64,000 bases of DNA from Psammoneis japonica. Taxonomy: Eukaryota. The notes beneath the pieces are model-generated. The model ran no database searches. It saw only the letters and a program-made list of their open reading frames with translations, and was not told where the DNA came from. Positions within the stretch are counted from its first letter, which is position 1. Every line of letters begins with the position of its first letter. Both the position numbers and the translations under genes were made by a program. Where the stretch lies: contig QPGO01000074.1 of assembly GCA_008632985.1 (NCBI GenBank), positions 62,001 to 126,000 on the forward strand, in the 5' to 3' direction. This document shows positions 12,341-25,479 of the stretch, one piece after another.

Positions 12341-13604
12341 CCTCGATGGCAATGAATTGAAAGAGGTGCTCAGAGGCCATGTGGCAAAAGAGACTGTGAA
12401 GATGATCCAAGGATGCCTTTTTGAGAATGGCCGGACAAAGAATCAAGACTTGGTCAAAGATTGTCACAGACAGCCAGGCAGACAGGAAGAATGTGGCCAA
12501 TTGGCTTGAACAAGTCATGAGCCACATGAGCTGGACTTGGGGGCTTGGACTTCTGGCAACCATGGATCACAAGAAATTGGTCTGTCTGACAGCAAACATG
12601 ATCCACATTGTTGAGGTTGGTTCTTGAAGAGTGAGAGAGAGAACCAGAGAGCCTGTGGCAAAAGAGCTGTTCAGGAAAAACTTTTGGCAGCCATGAAAGC
12701 TTTCAGTCAATCAAGTGGGGGACTTCAGTGGAACCCAGCATGAATTTATGCACATGCTTCACCGTGTTGCAAAATTGACAGCATGATGAAAGCAAGCACC
12801 ATGGAAAGCCACAACTGCTTCTGACCACATTTGACAATTGGAAGAACACTCTGGGGCCTGCCAAATGACAGTTGTGCTTTGACACATCTGACAACAAGTT
12901 GTGCCAGTTCAATGTCAGAACTGAAGTTGTTCATTGATTGCAGCTCTGTGAAGCATTGCTGGACAATTGCCAGTGATTTGTGCGGCAATTTGGCAATTGA
13001 TTTCCTGTGCTTCACCATGGTGAACTTGGGAATTGTCCAAAACAGTTCCTTCAACAAAATTCTGAACAAAAGTTTCTGTCATCTTGCATCAGAAAACATG
13101 TGTCTGGGACAAGCTCGATGACATCACTGTCTTTCCAATTGTCATTTGGACGTTTTCCACCACTTGCCAGTTTTGCCATGCTTTCACCATGTGATTTCAA
13201 TTCACAACATGGCAAAGTGCATGGTGTGGAATTTCATGCTGTTTGAGTGCTGCAGTCCCCCATTTGCCCGATTTTGAAAAACTGAAAGTGTTTGTGGCAG
13301 AGAGCAGGCAGCCAACAAAGGAAAAACGCAAGCATTGCATGAGAGCACAAAAACTCAAAATTGTGAGAGTTGAGAACTGGGACACACGGCATTTTGTCGC
13401 CAATTGCGACATTCCCATAAATGAATTGGACGATTTGTCGTGAAAAACGCCCTTTGAGACAAATTTCAACCGTTGGCGATAAATAAGACAAAATCATCAT
13501 TTAATTGGCGATGGCGTGTCCTAAACACACACGTTATATCAACTACAGTGCTATATGATGAATTTAACTTTCGGCGAAGACTGTACTTATTAATTAATGT
13601 TTTG

Positions 13605-13820
13605 GCGATTTTGTCGTACGTACGACAAATTTTGTCGGATACGACAAATTTTGTCGGATACGACAAATTTTGTCGGATGTACGACAAATTTTGTCGGACG
13701 TACGACAAATTTTGTCGTATCCGACAAACCCCGACAAACCCCGACAAACCCCGACAAACCCCGACAACGTACGACAAACGCCGACAAGAGCCGACAAGAG
13801 CCGACAAACGCCGACAGACG
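13605..13820 (+). repeat. Array of CGACA motifs: five palindromic acgacaaattttgtcg units, then ~10 units with 10-bp period (ccgacaaacc and variants)
   Basis: Read directly from the sequence. Confidence 0.9.
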
Positions 13821-14088
13821 GACGTTTGCGACATACCGATAACGCAACGCTCCCCAACATTCAGAAGTGCCCAGTCGTACTGATAAAAGGTACAGTACAG
13901 CAACACATACCGGTACATTCCGTTGCACTATGTAGAAGTGTTGTTGTCCCGGTATTGACGAGAGTATGGAGACCGCCGAGAGCGGCATGATCGTCGCTTT
14001 GCATCATCGCGCAAAAGAGACATACCGGTAGTGTCAACGGAGACGTTAGCGGTTAGCGTGTGCGGGGGGCGTGGGTGTTTCGTTCGTG

Positions 14089-14283
14089 AGTCGTCGTGTC
14101 GTGACGTGTCGTGTCGTGTCGTGTCGTGTCGTGTCTTGTCGTGTCGTGTCGTGTCGTGTCTTGTCGTGTCGTGTCGTGTCGTGTCTTGTCGTGTCGTGTC
14201 GTGTCGTGTCTTGTCTTGTCTTGTCGTGTCGTGTCGTGTCGTGTCGTGTCTTGTCGTGTCGTGTCGTGTCGTGTCTTGTCGTA
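14089..14283 (+). repeat. (GTCGT/GTCTT)n pentanucleotide microsatellite (CGACA on minus strand)
   Basis: Read directly from the sequence. Confidence 0.95.
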
Positions 14284-15719
14284 TGCCGACAAATTTTGTC
14301 GGACATCCGACAAATTTGTCGGATGAATTTTCGTCGATGACATCGATCGCCAAATTCTGTTAATTACCCCACTTATTGAAACGACATCGCCAAAGTTCAG
14401 GTTGGTTATAAATGACATTAATCATTTTGTAACTTAATTAAACAATGTTTCTGTCCCGTTTATCGCCAACCCGGACATTTTGTCGCAATTCGCGTCTTTT
14501 CGCGACAAATCATCAATTCATTTAAGAAAATGTCGCCAAATGCGACAAAATGCCGTGTGTCCCTGTGCTAAAAAAATCTGTGTAGAATGCAGCAGATCTG
14601 TGCACAATTTTGCTTGCAAGATCAGAGCAAGATTGCCCACCCAACCAAACAGCCTTTCAAAAGACTGGACATTGGTTGGAGCAGATGCAAAATTTCTGCC
14701 AACAGAAAACAAAAAGGAGGCCTTCCCTCAAGTGATTTGGATCAAACAATTGGATCGAACCTGATGTTGGCTCCAAGCTGCAATTTTGAAAGAGAGGAGT
14801 TGTGAGTGGACACAATGTGCAAAAATGCACGCGCAAAAGGACACACAAGAAAGGGCATCAGAAAATTGGAGAAATTTTGGCGGGAAGTTTTTCTGTTGAC
14901 ATCAGAGGGGAAGTTTTTCTGTTGACATCAGAGGCCGCAACACAGTGGTTCCCACTTTCCTTTGTAAATTTTTTAATGTGCATTGTCAAGATTGTCAACA
15001 AGCAGAATTTGAAAAATGCCAGCAAAAGTGCTCAACAAAATGCGGCTGTTTTGTGCATTTCATCTGATGTCTCATTGACTTTTCTTGCACAAGCTTCAAT
15101 CAAATGCGTGCAATCTTTGATCTGGTTGGGATTGAAATCTGTTTTTTGTGATGCACAATTTGGTTTCCTTTTGACTGCAGTCAATTTGAACTTGGTTTTA
15201 ATTTTGTCCTCCTCACTCACATGCGTGTGTCTTCACACGTGTGCAGTCTGCTGCACATGCAGTGCTTCACGCACGCACATGACCCACCTTCATTTTTCTT
15301 CATGTTTCCCAGATTTGCGCAGCCTGTTGGTCTGCAGCATTTTCAGCACATTTTTTACATGCACAATTTTCTGCACATTTCATGACAGCACACCCTCTCC
15401 CCAAAATTTGAAAAACGAGAGCGTGCGCTTGTTGTGACTCACGTGGATCCCACATGTGGTCGCAAATCTGCAAATCAACAACTGGCCATGGCGGTGAAAG
15501 ACTTTGCCCCATTGGCTGATGACAGTGGCTCAACATGTGGTGAAACCTGCTGTCCTTCTGGTTGGTCAAGATGGGTTTTGATTCAGGCACAGCTTGTGTT
15601 TTGTGATTGCGAGTGTGCTGTCACAAATCTGTGGTGTCCAAAATGCTGAGCTGCTTGTGTGTTGTTGTGTGCACGCACGTCACAAAGTTGCTTTTCTGCA
15701 GTGTTGGCATGATCGTGCA

Positions 15720-16330
15720 TGTCAGAGTTTTGCATCCAGAATCATCACAAGTTGCCACAAATGACACTCTTCAAACAAGGCATGTGCAAAAAGAGGTTCA
15801 TTGGTTTTTGATGTGTTTGCCAACAATGCATCCTTCTTCTCCACTTTCCATGCCCAGATCCAGAAAGAGTGCAGGCAGTGCTGCTTGTTCCTGCAGCTCT
15901 CAGAATCACATGCATGAAAAGTTCTTTTCCATGCATGACACTCTTCAAAAAAGGCATGCTCAAAAAGAACTTCACTGGTTTTTAACATGTTCACTTGTGT
16001 TGCATCTGTCTTCTCCAACCTCCACATCCAGATCCAGAAAGACTGCAGAGGCAGAGACTTTGGAGGCAACCCATTGGGGGTTGCCTGAGTTGTCAGGCTC
16101 ATTTTTGAAGGCTTCCCAAGTCTGTCTGCTGTTTCTGGTCCACACTCTAAACATGTCGTCGATGAACCATCCGCAGCATGGGAGGTGCAGGGCAAACTCA
16201 GTCATTGGCACATGCCTTTGTTGTTTGTGCAGCACCTTGCACAGTGTGGCACACATGCAGGTGGCGCTTGTTCCCACAGCTGTTCCAGCAAGTGCATTCT
16301 GTGGCACTCAAGATGTTTTTTGCTTGCTCA
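15720..16330 (-). mobile_element. Penelope-like retroelement reverse-transcriptase fragment with an internal ~180-bp duplication
   Basis: GTAVGTSATCMCATLC, FIDDMFRVW, AVFLDLDV and THQKPMNLFLHMP match PLE RT motifs GTAMG..YA, YxDD, FLDL and YxKP. Confidence 0.7.
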
Positions 16331-16414
16331 CATGCTTTCTTTCTGTGTTTTCTTGGAGTTGCAGGAGTGGAGCTGGGTGCTTGACATCTTGCACCACACA
16401 CCAGCATCCACATT

Positions 16415-16890
16415 GCTCTGGAATCAGTGGCGCTGGATGCACCAATGCACCGGCAAGTGTGTGTTGTGGTTCATGTTAGTTCATCCACATTGTGCTCTCA
16501 CAATGCTGTGCTCTGCACTTTTTGGCAATGAATGAGGTGGGTCAGATGAGCAACAACGCTCATGCTGCAAACCTGCCTGCTCCAGAATCAGTGGTGGCGT
16601 TGGATGCACTGGCAAGCCCATGTTTCCATTCCTGTGGGTTGTGTTGGTTCATCCATGTTGTGCTCTCACAATGTGTTTTGCTCTTTTTGGCAATGAATGA
16701 GGTGGAGTGGAGCAGCGGCACTTCAAACAATGGAACAGCAGCTCCTGCTGCAAACTTGCCTGCTCCAGAATCAGTGGTGCCGGATGCACCAGTGAGCCCA
16801 TGTTGCCATTCCTGTTGGCAGTGTTGGTTCATCCACATTGCACTCTCACAATGCATTCTGCACTTTTTGGCAATGAACAAGGTGGCTGCC
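16415..16890 (+). repeat. Three diverged tandem copies of a ~165-185-bp unit
   Basis: ctccagaatcagtgg...ttcatccacattg..ctctcacaatg...ctttttggcaatgaa repeats at ~16417, ~16580 and ~16762. Confidence 0.8.
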
Positions 16891-17779
16891 ATCAGCAGCA
16901 CTTCAAGAAAGCGAGCTGCAACTGCTGCTGCAAACTCTGGGGTGTTGTCTCCACAAGCATCATTCAACTTAAACATGAACAACAAAATGGAATGTTCATG
17001 GTGCAATGCAAATGATTTTAATTTACAGGTTTTGCAGGGACAGAGGGTGGGCACTCTCATGGGGAAAACGTGCCCCTGTTTCACAGCAAAACTTTGTGTT
17101 TTCCTGACAGGGAGTGGGGGTCTGACCCCACAGTGTGAAAATGTTCATCTGTCACAGTTGACATGTTGTTGCCAGCTGCACAACTGTCAAGGTTTGAAAC
17201 AACAGAATTTTGCACTGTGACAGATTTTAAAAATTGCTGTGAGAAAGGTGGTCTGGATCACTCCAAAATGCATGCTCTGATGCTTGATCTCAAATGTGGC
17301 AGACATGACAAGGTCAGGCTGCATTGACAACACACTCATGTTCTGACATTGAGATCAGAAAAAACAAGGTCAATTGTGCTGCAATCCTGGTTGACTGGCT
17401 TGCAGAGGTCACCCGGATCCAGTGCAACCCAAGAGTTCTTTTTGCGTGCTGCCGGCGGGAACATTCCCAGCCTGCCAAAACAAAACACCGAACTGCATTG
17501 TTCGCACTCTGACAAGTCAGATGCAGCAAGAGCAGTGCAGGCATCATGCACAATTGGCTTGGCTCGCGGAATCTCTCTGGATCCAAGAACGACGGCTGAC
17601 TCATCGTGGTGTTGCAGGCTGATCAAGATGGTGGTCAAGCCAGCTCATCTGCTGCTGTGTCAATCAGCACCATGTGCAGCTCATGGGTGATTACATGAGG
17701 CATGCCACTCGGCAGAAGCAATGTTTTCAGTGTTGTTGGCCCATGACTGATCCCATCGTCACCGGCAGTCCACCAAACA

Positions 17780-17932
17780 CAATGAGGGGAACTGGGGCGG
17801 CCTGCACGTCGCCCACCGCGCCGCTCGTCGTCGTCCGTCGTCTGTCTGCATCCTGCTGCGCGCTACTATCGCGCGGTGACTACTGCAAGAGCTCGGCCGC
17901 CCACAAGGTATCCTCTCCTTGTCTTGGCACCG
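17780..17932 (+). repeat. Dispersed repeat; inverted, edited copy at ~41890-42040
   Basis: aatgaggggaactggggcggcc...aaggtatcctctccttgt...cttggcacc matches the reverse complement of 41890-42040. Confidence 0.75.
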
Positions 17933-17981
17933 ATCAGTGTGTACCGGTATCTTCTTCTTCAGTCTACACTCTCTAAAAACC

Positions 17982-18017
17982 AGAGAGAGCGAGAGAGAGA
18001 GGGAGAGAGAGAGAGAG
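17982..18017 (+). repeat. (GA)n microsatellite
   Basis: agagagagcgagagagagggagagagagagagag. Confidence 0.85.
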
Positions 18018-18322
18018 TAGTAGTGTAGGTATCTACCGTGAATATTGAGAAAGTAATAAAAGGAAGAGTACAGCAGTCACACCAACATGATTTTCAAGAT
18101 TTCAGATGAATCGCCATTCTGTGCTTGCCGCTAGTCTACGCACAAATGAACTGAGTTGAGAGCCTACTGCATGCTCGATGCTGGAAAATGTATCACCGAG
18201 ACAGCTGCTTGTTTGTGACCCCTAGCTAATATGATCTTTACATGGTTCTCCCTAGATAGAGTTGTCCCAGTAGTCTAGTAATAGAAAGTTTTCAACTTCA
18301 GACGATCGCCCACAACACGCAC

Positions 18323-19729
18323 TTAGAGTTCTCCGTGGTTGTTTCTCTTACTTCCCTTCTCGAGTTTGAGATAGGACTTTTCAACCTCCCTAAAATGGAC
18401 AAGGTTTACTTCAAAGTCAATTCCGTATTGCTTGACTTGCTCTAGAGCTCGCTGAATGGCGTTACGGATCCAGCTGTTCTTGTTTCGAAAGACTCCTCCG
18501 CCAACCATTGTCAACAAAATGGGCGGTCGTGGGAGACCTCGGTGGTCCGCTTCAATAATCTTGATGAGGCCGACAAGCACCGTTGCTTCGTAGGTGGCAT
18601 TCAACACGACACGAGCCACGGGTGCCCACACGGTGTCGGGTAGCATGGAGTAACCAATCGAAATGGCCGAGTTGTACGTCTGAGTGACTCGGTTCTCAAA
18701 CGATTCAACGTCGGTGACTGCCGTATCTTCCTGAACACCAATGCGCACGAGTTTGATCAACTCGTCTGCAAGAGCCGTGTCTCCGCCCGTCAGAGCTTGA
18801 TTGACGGGGCTCAATCGTTCTTGGCTCGATTCAATGTAGCCATTCTTGACCTTCCACGGAGGAACATCAAGATTCAAATGTTCCATGAGGTACTCTTCAA
18901 CATCCTCCAGGGAGTTGATCTGGTTGTCTCGAGTCTGTCCCCGGTTGGGACGATCGCCCAAGAAAAAGGGCACGGGGACGAGGTAGTTTCGATATGCCGT
19001 TCCGGCGGCGCAGGCCATGGCACAGGCCGGTCCCTGTGTATGATCCCAATGATAGTTTGTAATGCCTGCTTCGGGTATGACAGCCTGACTCGGAAACTCC
19101 AACATATTGAACTGACTTGCAGCCTGAACCACAGCTCCAAGTTCCTTCGACGTGACGATCGACGAGTCTTGGTGGAGCGCTCGAGCCTCTCCAACAATGT
19201 TTTGCAAACGAACTGTTCCCTCTGTTGCGGGTTCATCACGTGATGATAGCAGTTCCTTTACTCGTGTTCGAAGCTCCTGAACAGAAGGTAAGGAAAAGAT
19301 GCCTGCCGACACTTCTCTTCCATCCTCCAAGCGAAACGTGCATCGCTCTCGTGCGTATCCGGGAACTGATTCATTCTGAAACGTCGCTAGACCGAGGAGC
19401 CGTTCCTGTGTTTCATTGTAGGACGATTCTGCAAAACCAAACAGCGACGCAAAGTAATCGTGTCTTGACATGGTCGATAGGAGTGAGCGTCGGTCTTTGT
19501 TGCCGGCGATGAGGTTTCTGGCGGCGGATGCAGTTTTTCTGGACGAAGCGAGTCGTACTTTGACGGCACGGTGCTGATGGCGGCTGTTGATCTTTCTCCT
19601 CCAAGTAGTCGTTCCTGGAAATGATGAGACACGCACCCAAGTACACTTTTGGTGATATCTCAGCGGCAGAAACTTGGCTATCGGCAGTAAGGCGAGGGGA
19701 ACGGCACTGCCCAGGTGATGGATCTTCAT
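18323..19729 (-). CDS. Conserved hypothetical protein, probable macro-domain/PARG-like fold (start could instead be 19471)
   Basis: Intronless ORF with QAASQFNMLEF, DHTQGPACAMAC, YRNY and LTMVGGGVFRN. This motif set resembles a family also found in bacteria and giant viruses; the fold is inferred. Confidence 0.6.
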   Translation of the reverse strand: MKIHHLGSAVPLALLPIAKFLPLRYHQKCTWVRVSSFPGTTTWRRKINSRHQHRAVKVRLASSRKTASAARNLIAGNKDRRSLLSTMSRHDYFASLFGFAESSYNETQERLLGLATFQNESVPGYARERCTFRLEDGREVSAGIFSLPSVQELRTRVKELLSSRDEPATEGTVRLQNIVGEARALHQDSSIVTSKELGAVVQAASQFNMLEFPSQAVIPEAGITNYHWDHTQGPACAMACAAGTAYRNYLVPVPFFLGDRPNRGQTRDNQINSLEDVEEYLMEHLNLDVPPWKVKNGYIESSQERLSPVNQALTGGDTALADELIKLVRIGVQEDTAVTDVESFENRVTQTYNSAISIGYSMLPDTVWAPVARVVLNATYEATVLVGLIKIIEADHRGLPRPPILLTMVGGGVFRNKNSWIRNAIQRALEQVKQYGIDFEVNLVHFREVEKSYLKLEKGSKRNNHGEL

Positions 19730-20292
19730 GGCCGAGCGCCGAGGGTGTGTGTTTTCCGGGTGTTTTTTGTTCCGCCAAGTTCGACGACGAATCACGAACG
19801 TGACTGAAAATGGCGAGGAGGTGAGGGTCAGGTCGGAGGGAATTCGCAAAGAGATTCCCATGATAGCTATTGATCAACGATTTTATACTGTGATTATACT
19901 TTCAGTTCTACGTGACATATTCGCGATGGGAGTCTCGTATTTCAGGAGAATCACACAAGCTTCCAGACGCGAAAAGACTGCTTGGAAAAACCGCAATCTC
20001 AGAACACTTATTGGTCGCTCTTCTCATTATCGCTCTGACAGCTGCCGGAGTTGTCATCACAGTTACCGAGGAGACCATTGGAGTCTTGTTAGTGCGACAA
20101 GTGCATTGTACATAGAGACCCCCCTTTAGCAGCCCAGTAGATAGGCGAACTGTAAGTAACGAACAAAAGAGAGGCCAAACGAACTGATCTTTCAGCTTTC
20201 TTCTTCACGCCGGCTTGTTCACTCGAAAGAAAAAGGAACATCGACTCTTGTAACACCGATTTGCTTCAGGTTGGTGCGACGAAACAAAAACC

Positions 20293-22804
20293 ATGGGTGG
20301 CTGTCAAAGCTCAACGGCGGTAGCGACGGGCGATTCGTTGGACGCAACTGGTATGTCACATAAAATTTTGGCTGTCGTTTTTTCAATGCAACTGTAAAGC
20401 CTGATGCCATTTCTTCGTCCATCAGACCATCATGATAACAGAAGTCCCCCTATTGCGAATGATGAGAAGGAAGGAGCAAGAACAATCCCGAAGAAGCTCG
20501 CAAAATCGGTTCCCCCCAATCTGACCAACTCGACGGCAGGTTCTTCCGAATACGGTCACCACTCAAAGAAAAGCAGCGATGCGGTTGGTCTAGAAGATAT
20601 TATGAAATCATTAAAGAAAGAAGGAATTCTAACCGAGACTGTTGTCCGAATGGAGGTAAGAAGTGTATAGAACTTTGAAACGTGCGGGCGTTTGAAAGGA
20701 AGAACAACTTCTAAAAGTCATACTTTTGCTTTTCCTCTTTCTATAGACGCCGCTGGGGGTTCCAATTGAAGACATTTACACTGGGGTTCATGATGGCCCT
20801 GTTCTTGGCTCTGGCGTTTCTGGGATTGTTCGTTTGGTGAAACACAAGGCAACAGGAATCGATTATGCAGTCAAGTCCATTGATCTCGACCTTATCAAAA
20901 GCGATGAAGCGCTCATGCAGCTGCGCAATGAGATTTACATCATGTGTCAAGTCGATCACCCGAACGTTGTGAGACTCGAGGAAGTGTACGAGAGTGATAC
21001 AGAGATTTACTTGGTTCAAGAGGTGTGCCTAGGTGGTGATCTCTTTGATCGTCTGGATGAACAGCCAGATTATCATTACACCGAGAGCCGCTGTGCACGC
21101 CTTGTCAAGCAAATGCTTTCTGCGGTTCGGTACTTGCATACAAAGAAAATCATTCACCGTGATTTGAAACTGGAGAATTTTCTATTTGAGACAACCAAGC
21201 CCGACTCGGAGTTGAAGCTGATTGATTTTGGGCTATCAAAGCATTTTCAGTATGGCCAGGTCCATCATGAAGCTGTGGGTACTCCTTATACAGTCGCTCC
21301 CGAAGTCATTCGAGGTGCTTACGATGAACGCTGTGATTGCTGGTCGATCGGGGTCATTGCATACCTGCTCTTGAGTGGTGAGACCCCGTTTGGAGGGGTT
21401 GACGGCGAGAATTTGCTTCATGTTAAGAATGCAATTCTCAGTGGCTCTTTTGATTTTGAACCAGAAGATACATGGAAGCACGTGAGTGACAGTGCCAAGC
21501 ATTTTATCAAAACTCTTCTAGTGGTGGATTACCATGACCGACCGTCGGCAAAAGAAGCACAGATGCATCCATGGCTGGAAAGACAGCTTCGACAGAATGG
21601 TAACGGTGCGAGCCTGAAACCAAATGTGGTTGAGGCACTGGTATCGTTTAAGGAATATTCAGATTTGAGAAAAATATTGTGTGAAGTCCTGAGCTTCACT
21701 CTCCTCCCTGCCCAAATCAAGAGCCTACGTGGTGAATTTGAGAAGCTGGACACGAATGGCGACGGAGAAATTACAATGTCTGCCTTGAAGAAAGTTCTTT
21801 TGGAGAATGCAGACTCAGGGTCTCTGGGCGGGCTTACTGACGACGAGGTGGAAGACATCTTCAACGCCATGCGTGTTCGACAATCGGATACTACGATCAG
21901 TTATCATGAATTCATAGCTGCGGGTCTATCGCAATGCGAAGTAGACGACCGCAATCTCCGTTTGGCGTTTGACCGCCTCGATACGGAAAGAAAGGGATTC
22001 ATCACGCTCGACAACATTGTTGACTTAATTGGATCGAATGGCGACAAAGAAAAGTTGAAGAATATGTGGGTTGACAGTATGAGGGGAAGCCATATTGATC
22101 TGGAACGGATATCGTATGCCGACTTTTTGCATTTGATGAGATCTCAACCGGAAGGTAGCGGAAGGAGAAGGCAAGGAAGCTTCCTTAGACGGGCCAGCAT
22201 GCGAAGGCTGGAGAAAATACCCGAGACTCCGCCGCCAGAGCCTGAGTTTTTTGCGGCTGAATCAGGGGGCGTTGTTGCTTCGACTCCAATTCGAGTCGGT
22301 TTCAAAGATACATTCACCAAAGAGGATTTCCGAACGCCACCGTCGTTTGTACGTCCAGTGCTAGTCAAGCAACGATCTCGTTCGCTGGAGGAAGCAGGAT
22401 CAGCTCCAATGGTACCTGACGAAGAACAGGAAGATCTGTTTCCGAGACCGCCTCTACTTAAAGCAAACACGACGCGGACCATTGCTCTTCCTGGAAGACG
22501 CTGTAAAGGCGATTTTGCTGATGTCTCGTGGGACGAAGCCCAGTCACCACTCGTGGCGAATAAGCAGCTATTTAGAGCGCTTCGTGAGATGCGCTTAGGT
22601 GTGTTGGATGCCAGTAAGCGGTTTGAAGAGAAAAAGGCTTCACGGGCACGTTCTGCGGGCCTCGTAATGAAACGGGGCATGTCCTTCACAGGGAAAGAGC
22701 AGCAAGATCTCGTCCAAAGCGCCAGGAGACGCGCAGGGCGGACAAGAAAACACAGAACAGCCTCAGACGTGACCGGGATGGTGCGGCCCTCAACGGAACC
22801 ATAG
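20293..22804 (+). CDS. CDPK: Calcium-dependent protein kinase (exons 20293-20350, 20426-20655, 20747-22804)
   Basis: MGGCQS myristoylation-type start; GSGVSG, HRDLKLEN, DFG and APE motifs; EF-hands DTNGDGEI and DTERKGFI; in-frame GT-AG introns. Confidence 0.92.
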
Positions 22805-22855
22805 ATCAAGTAGCTCGAGCAAGATTATACACGTTCATAAACATTTACTACACTT

Positions 22856-25479
22856 TCACTTATATTCCTCTCTTAACTTCTTCATCATACTTATCATTTC
22901 GTCCACTTTCATCTCGCCCTCAACCTTGTTCTCTCTCGTCCTAATGTTGACAGTTCCGTTCTTGACTTCAGCTTCACCGACGACTAGCTGAAAGTTGTAT
23001 TGAGCAACCTGAGCGTTCCTCACCTTCTTCTGGAATGTAGCTTTGGTGAGGTCAACATCAGCGTAAAATCCCTCGTCATGAAGCTTATCGCGGACCGACT
23101 GGCAGTAATCCTGCCAGTCCGCGTGAATGGGTACAACCATCACTTGACGGGGACTCAACCAGAGCGGCCATTTTCCTCCATAATGCTCACAGAGAACAGC
23201 AAACATTCTCTCCACGCTACCCAACATGGCACGGTGCACCATGACTGGACGAGCAAACTCATTGCCCTTTTCCTTGGAACCCGTGTTGTACTGCAAATCA
23301 AATCGAATGGGTAGCTGAAAGTCAAGCTGAACGGTAGCACACTGGTGAACCCGATCCATGGCATCCATCACCTTGATATCAATCTTAGGGCCATAAAAGG
23401 CACCATCACCAGCGTTGACTCGCCATCCGCCCTTACCGGCGAACTCATCCATTGCCTCTGCAAGAGCTGCCTCGGCACGCTCCCAAAGAGCAATGTCTCC
23501 AAGCGCCTTTTTTGGGCGAGTGGAAAGCTCAAGTTTGTACGACATGCCAAACGTGTCGTACACTTCCTTCATGAATTCAAGGGCCGCAACAACCTCCGAT
23601 GCAATTTGATCCTCACGGCAGTAAATGTGAGCATCGTCCTGCTGGAAGCGGCGAACCCGCGTCAATCCCGACAGGGCTCCCGATAGCTCGTTACGATGCA
23701 AGACACCAAAGTCGGCAAACCGAATGGGCAAGTCCCGGTAGGACCGAATCTGCCCAGCAAACATGAGGCAGTGGCCTGGGCAGTTCATGGGCTTCATGGC
23801 CCACTCTTGGCCTTCCACCTCGAAACAAAACATGGCATCCTTGTAGTGCATGGCGTGTCCCGATTTGTGCCACAAATCTAGATTGTACACGTTGGGAGTA
23901 ATGACTTCGTCATATCCGCGTTTCCAATACTGAGACTTGATGTAGTCAATAAGCTTGTTGTAGATTCGTGCACCATGTGGAAGCCAGAAAGCACTGCCGG
24001 CAGACAACTCATGAAACATGATTAGGTTCTGCTTTGCGGCGATCCGACGGTGGTCACGTTCCTTGGCCTGTGGTAACGAAAAGAAAACAGGTAACAAGAT
24101 TGGACGGTAAGTTCAATCAGCCTTGAAATACACAAGTGATTCACAACATCGAAACAGAAAGAGAGCTCCGAATTGAAATGAATGGTTAATCGTTTGTCAG
24201 TCACGGTTCATTCCGAGAATGAGATTCGAAAAGGTTGTCATCATCGCACTCCGCATCGGACAATTCCCAAAACAACAGAACGACGTACCTTTTCTTGGTT
24301 TTCCTTCCAAACCTTGAGCATCTTCTTGTCGGGAAAACTGATACCATACATACGCTGAAGAGTATCATTGTCCGTGTCACCTAGCCAATTCGTGGACGAA
24401 TGCCTCGTGGCGGCAAAAGCCTTGACCTTGCCCGTGTGAGGGACGTGCGGTCCTCGACAGAGATCAATCAAATCCCCGCACTTGTAAACCGTAGTGCGAG
24501 TACCGTCTGGGACCTTAGTCTTGAGAATCGAAACCTTGAATGGGTTATCGGCAAACAGCTCAAGAGCTTCGTCTTTTGTGACAACCATGCGCTCAAACTT
24601 TTGCTTCTGTTTGATAATCTTGGAAACCTCCGCTTCGACGGGTTTGTAGTCATCCTCTCTCAGGGCATCCTTTCCCATGTAAGAGTCATAATAGAAACCT
24701 CCAGCAAGAGGCGGTCCAATGGTGAGTTTGCACCCATAGAGATGCTCGAGAGCTTCTCCCATCATGTGAGCCGATGAATGCCAAAACACCGTCTTGGCGT
24801 CCTGATCAGCATCAAACTTGAGTAATTCCAACTTTGCAACGCTTCCCACGAGAGGCCTCGTCATGTCCCACAAAACCGTTTTCGAAGAAGCCTCATCTTG
24901 CTCGACTCCACCATCTGCCATGGCCTCACTGAGCATGTCTTCGCCTTCCATACCGTCCTCGGCCGGGTCATAATCACTGACATAGGATTCATACGTGACC
25001 CGAGCAACAGCCGAGGCATCGGCCAGTCCCTGACTAATCACCTTTGCTACATCATAGGGCGAAGTCTTCCATGACTGAAACGGATTACCCTCCTTATCCT
25101 TGTCAAGAACCGTCCCATCGGGCATGGTAACGGCAATATCAACCGGCGTCTTGGTGTCGAGCTCGCTCTGGCGGCGTTGCTTAATTTCAGCATAGACCGC
25201 ATCACGCGTCTGAAGCCATTCGGGATTCTTGGTACGCTCCACAAACGAATCGCCTCCGATACGAACCGCGCTCGAATCATCCATGCGAGGTCCCGTCGAT
25301 GCCTTGGCACGACGTCCCTGTTGACCGGTTTTGTTGGCATCTTGTTGCTGCTGTTTTTCGTCTTGTTCCGAAACGGGTTGCTGTTTCACTCCGGGTGCAT
25401 CAAACACTGAAAACTTGTCCGTCTCGTTGACGGAAATTCCAGGCGTTTCGCCTGCTGCCTTACTCCCCTTTTCGACCAT
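22856..25479 (-). CDS. TARS: Cytosolic threonyl-tRNA synthetase (intron 24068-24288)
   Basis: TGS region, [48 protein letters not shown]. Splicing joins ENQEK|AKERDHR. Confidence 0.97.

Larger units (their letters stand above)
13377..14565. mobile_element. Non-autonomous DNA transposon (MITE-like) with ~130-bp imperfect terminal inverted repeats
   Basis: Left end ctgggacacacggcattttgtcgc; right end gcgacaaaatgccgtgtgtccctg. Inverted similarity continues to ttggcgataaa. No coding capacity and no TSD found. Confidence 0.75.

Noticed and set aside
13605..13820. CRISPR-like palindromic repeat array
   Set aside because: No unique spacers (only 3-5 bp linkers), no cas genes, eukaryotic context.
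13928..14418. ORFs with DTTRH/VSCRV repeats
   Set aside because: They are translations of a pentanucleotide microsatellite.
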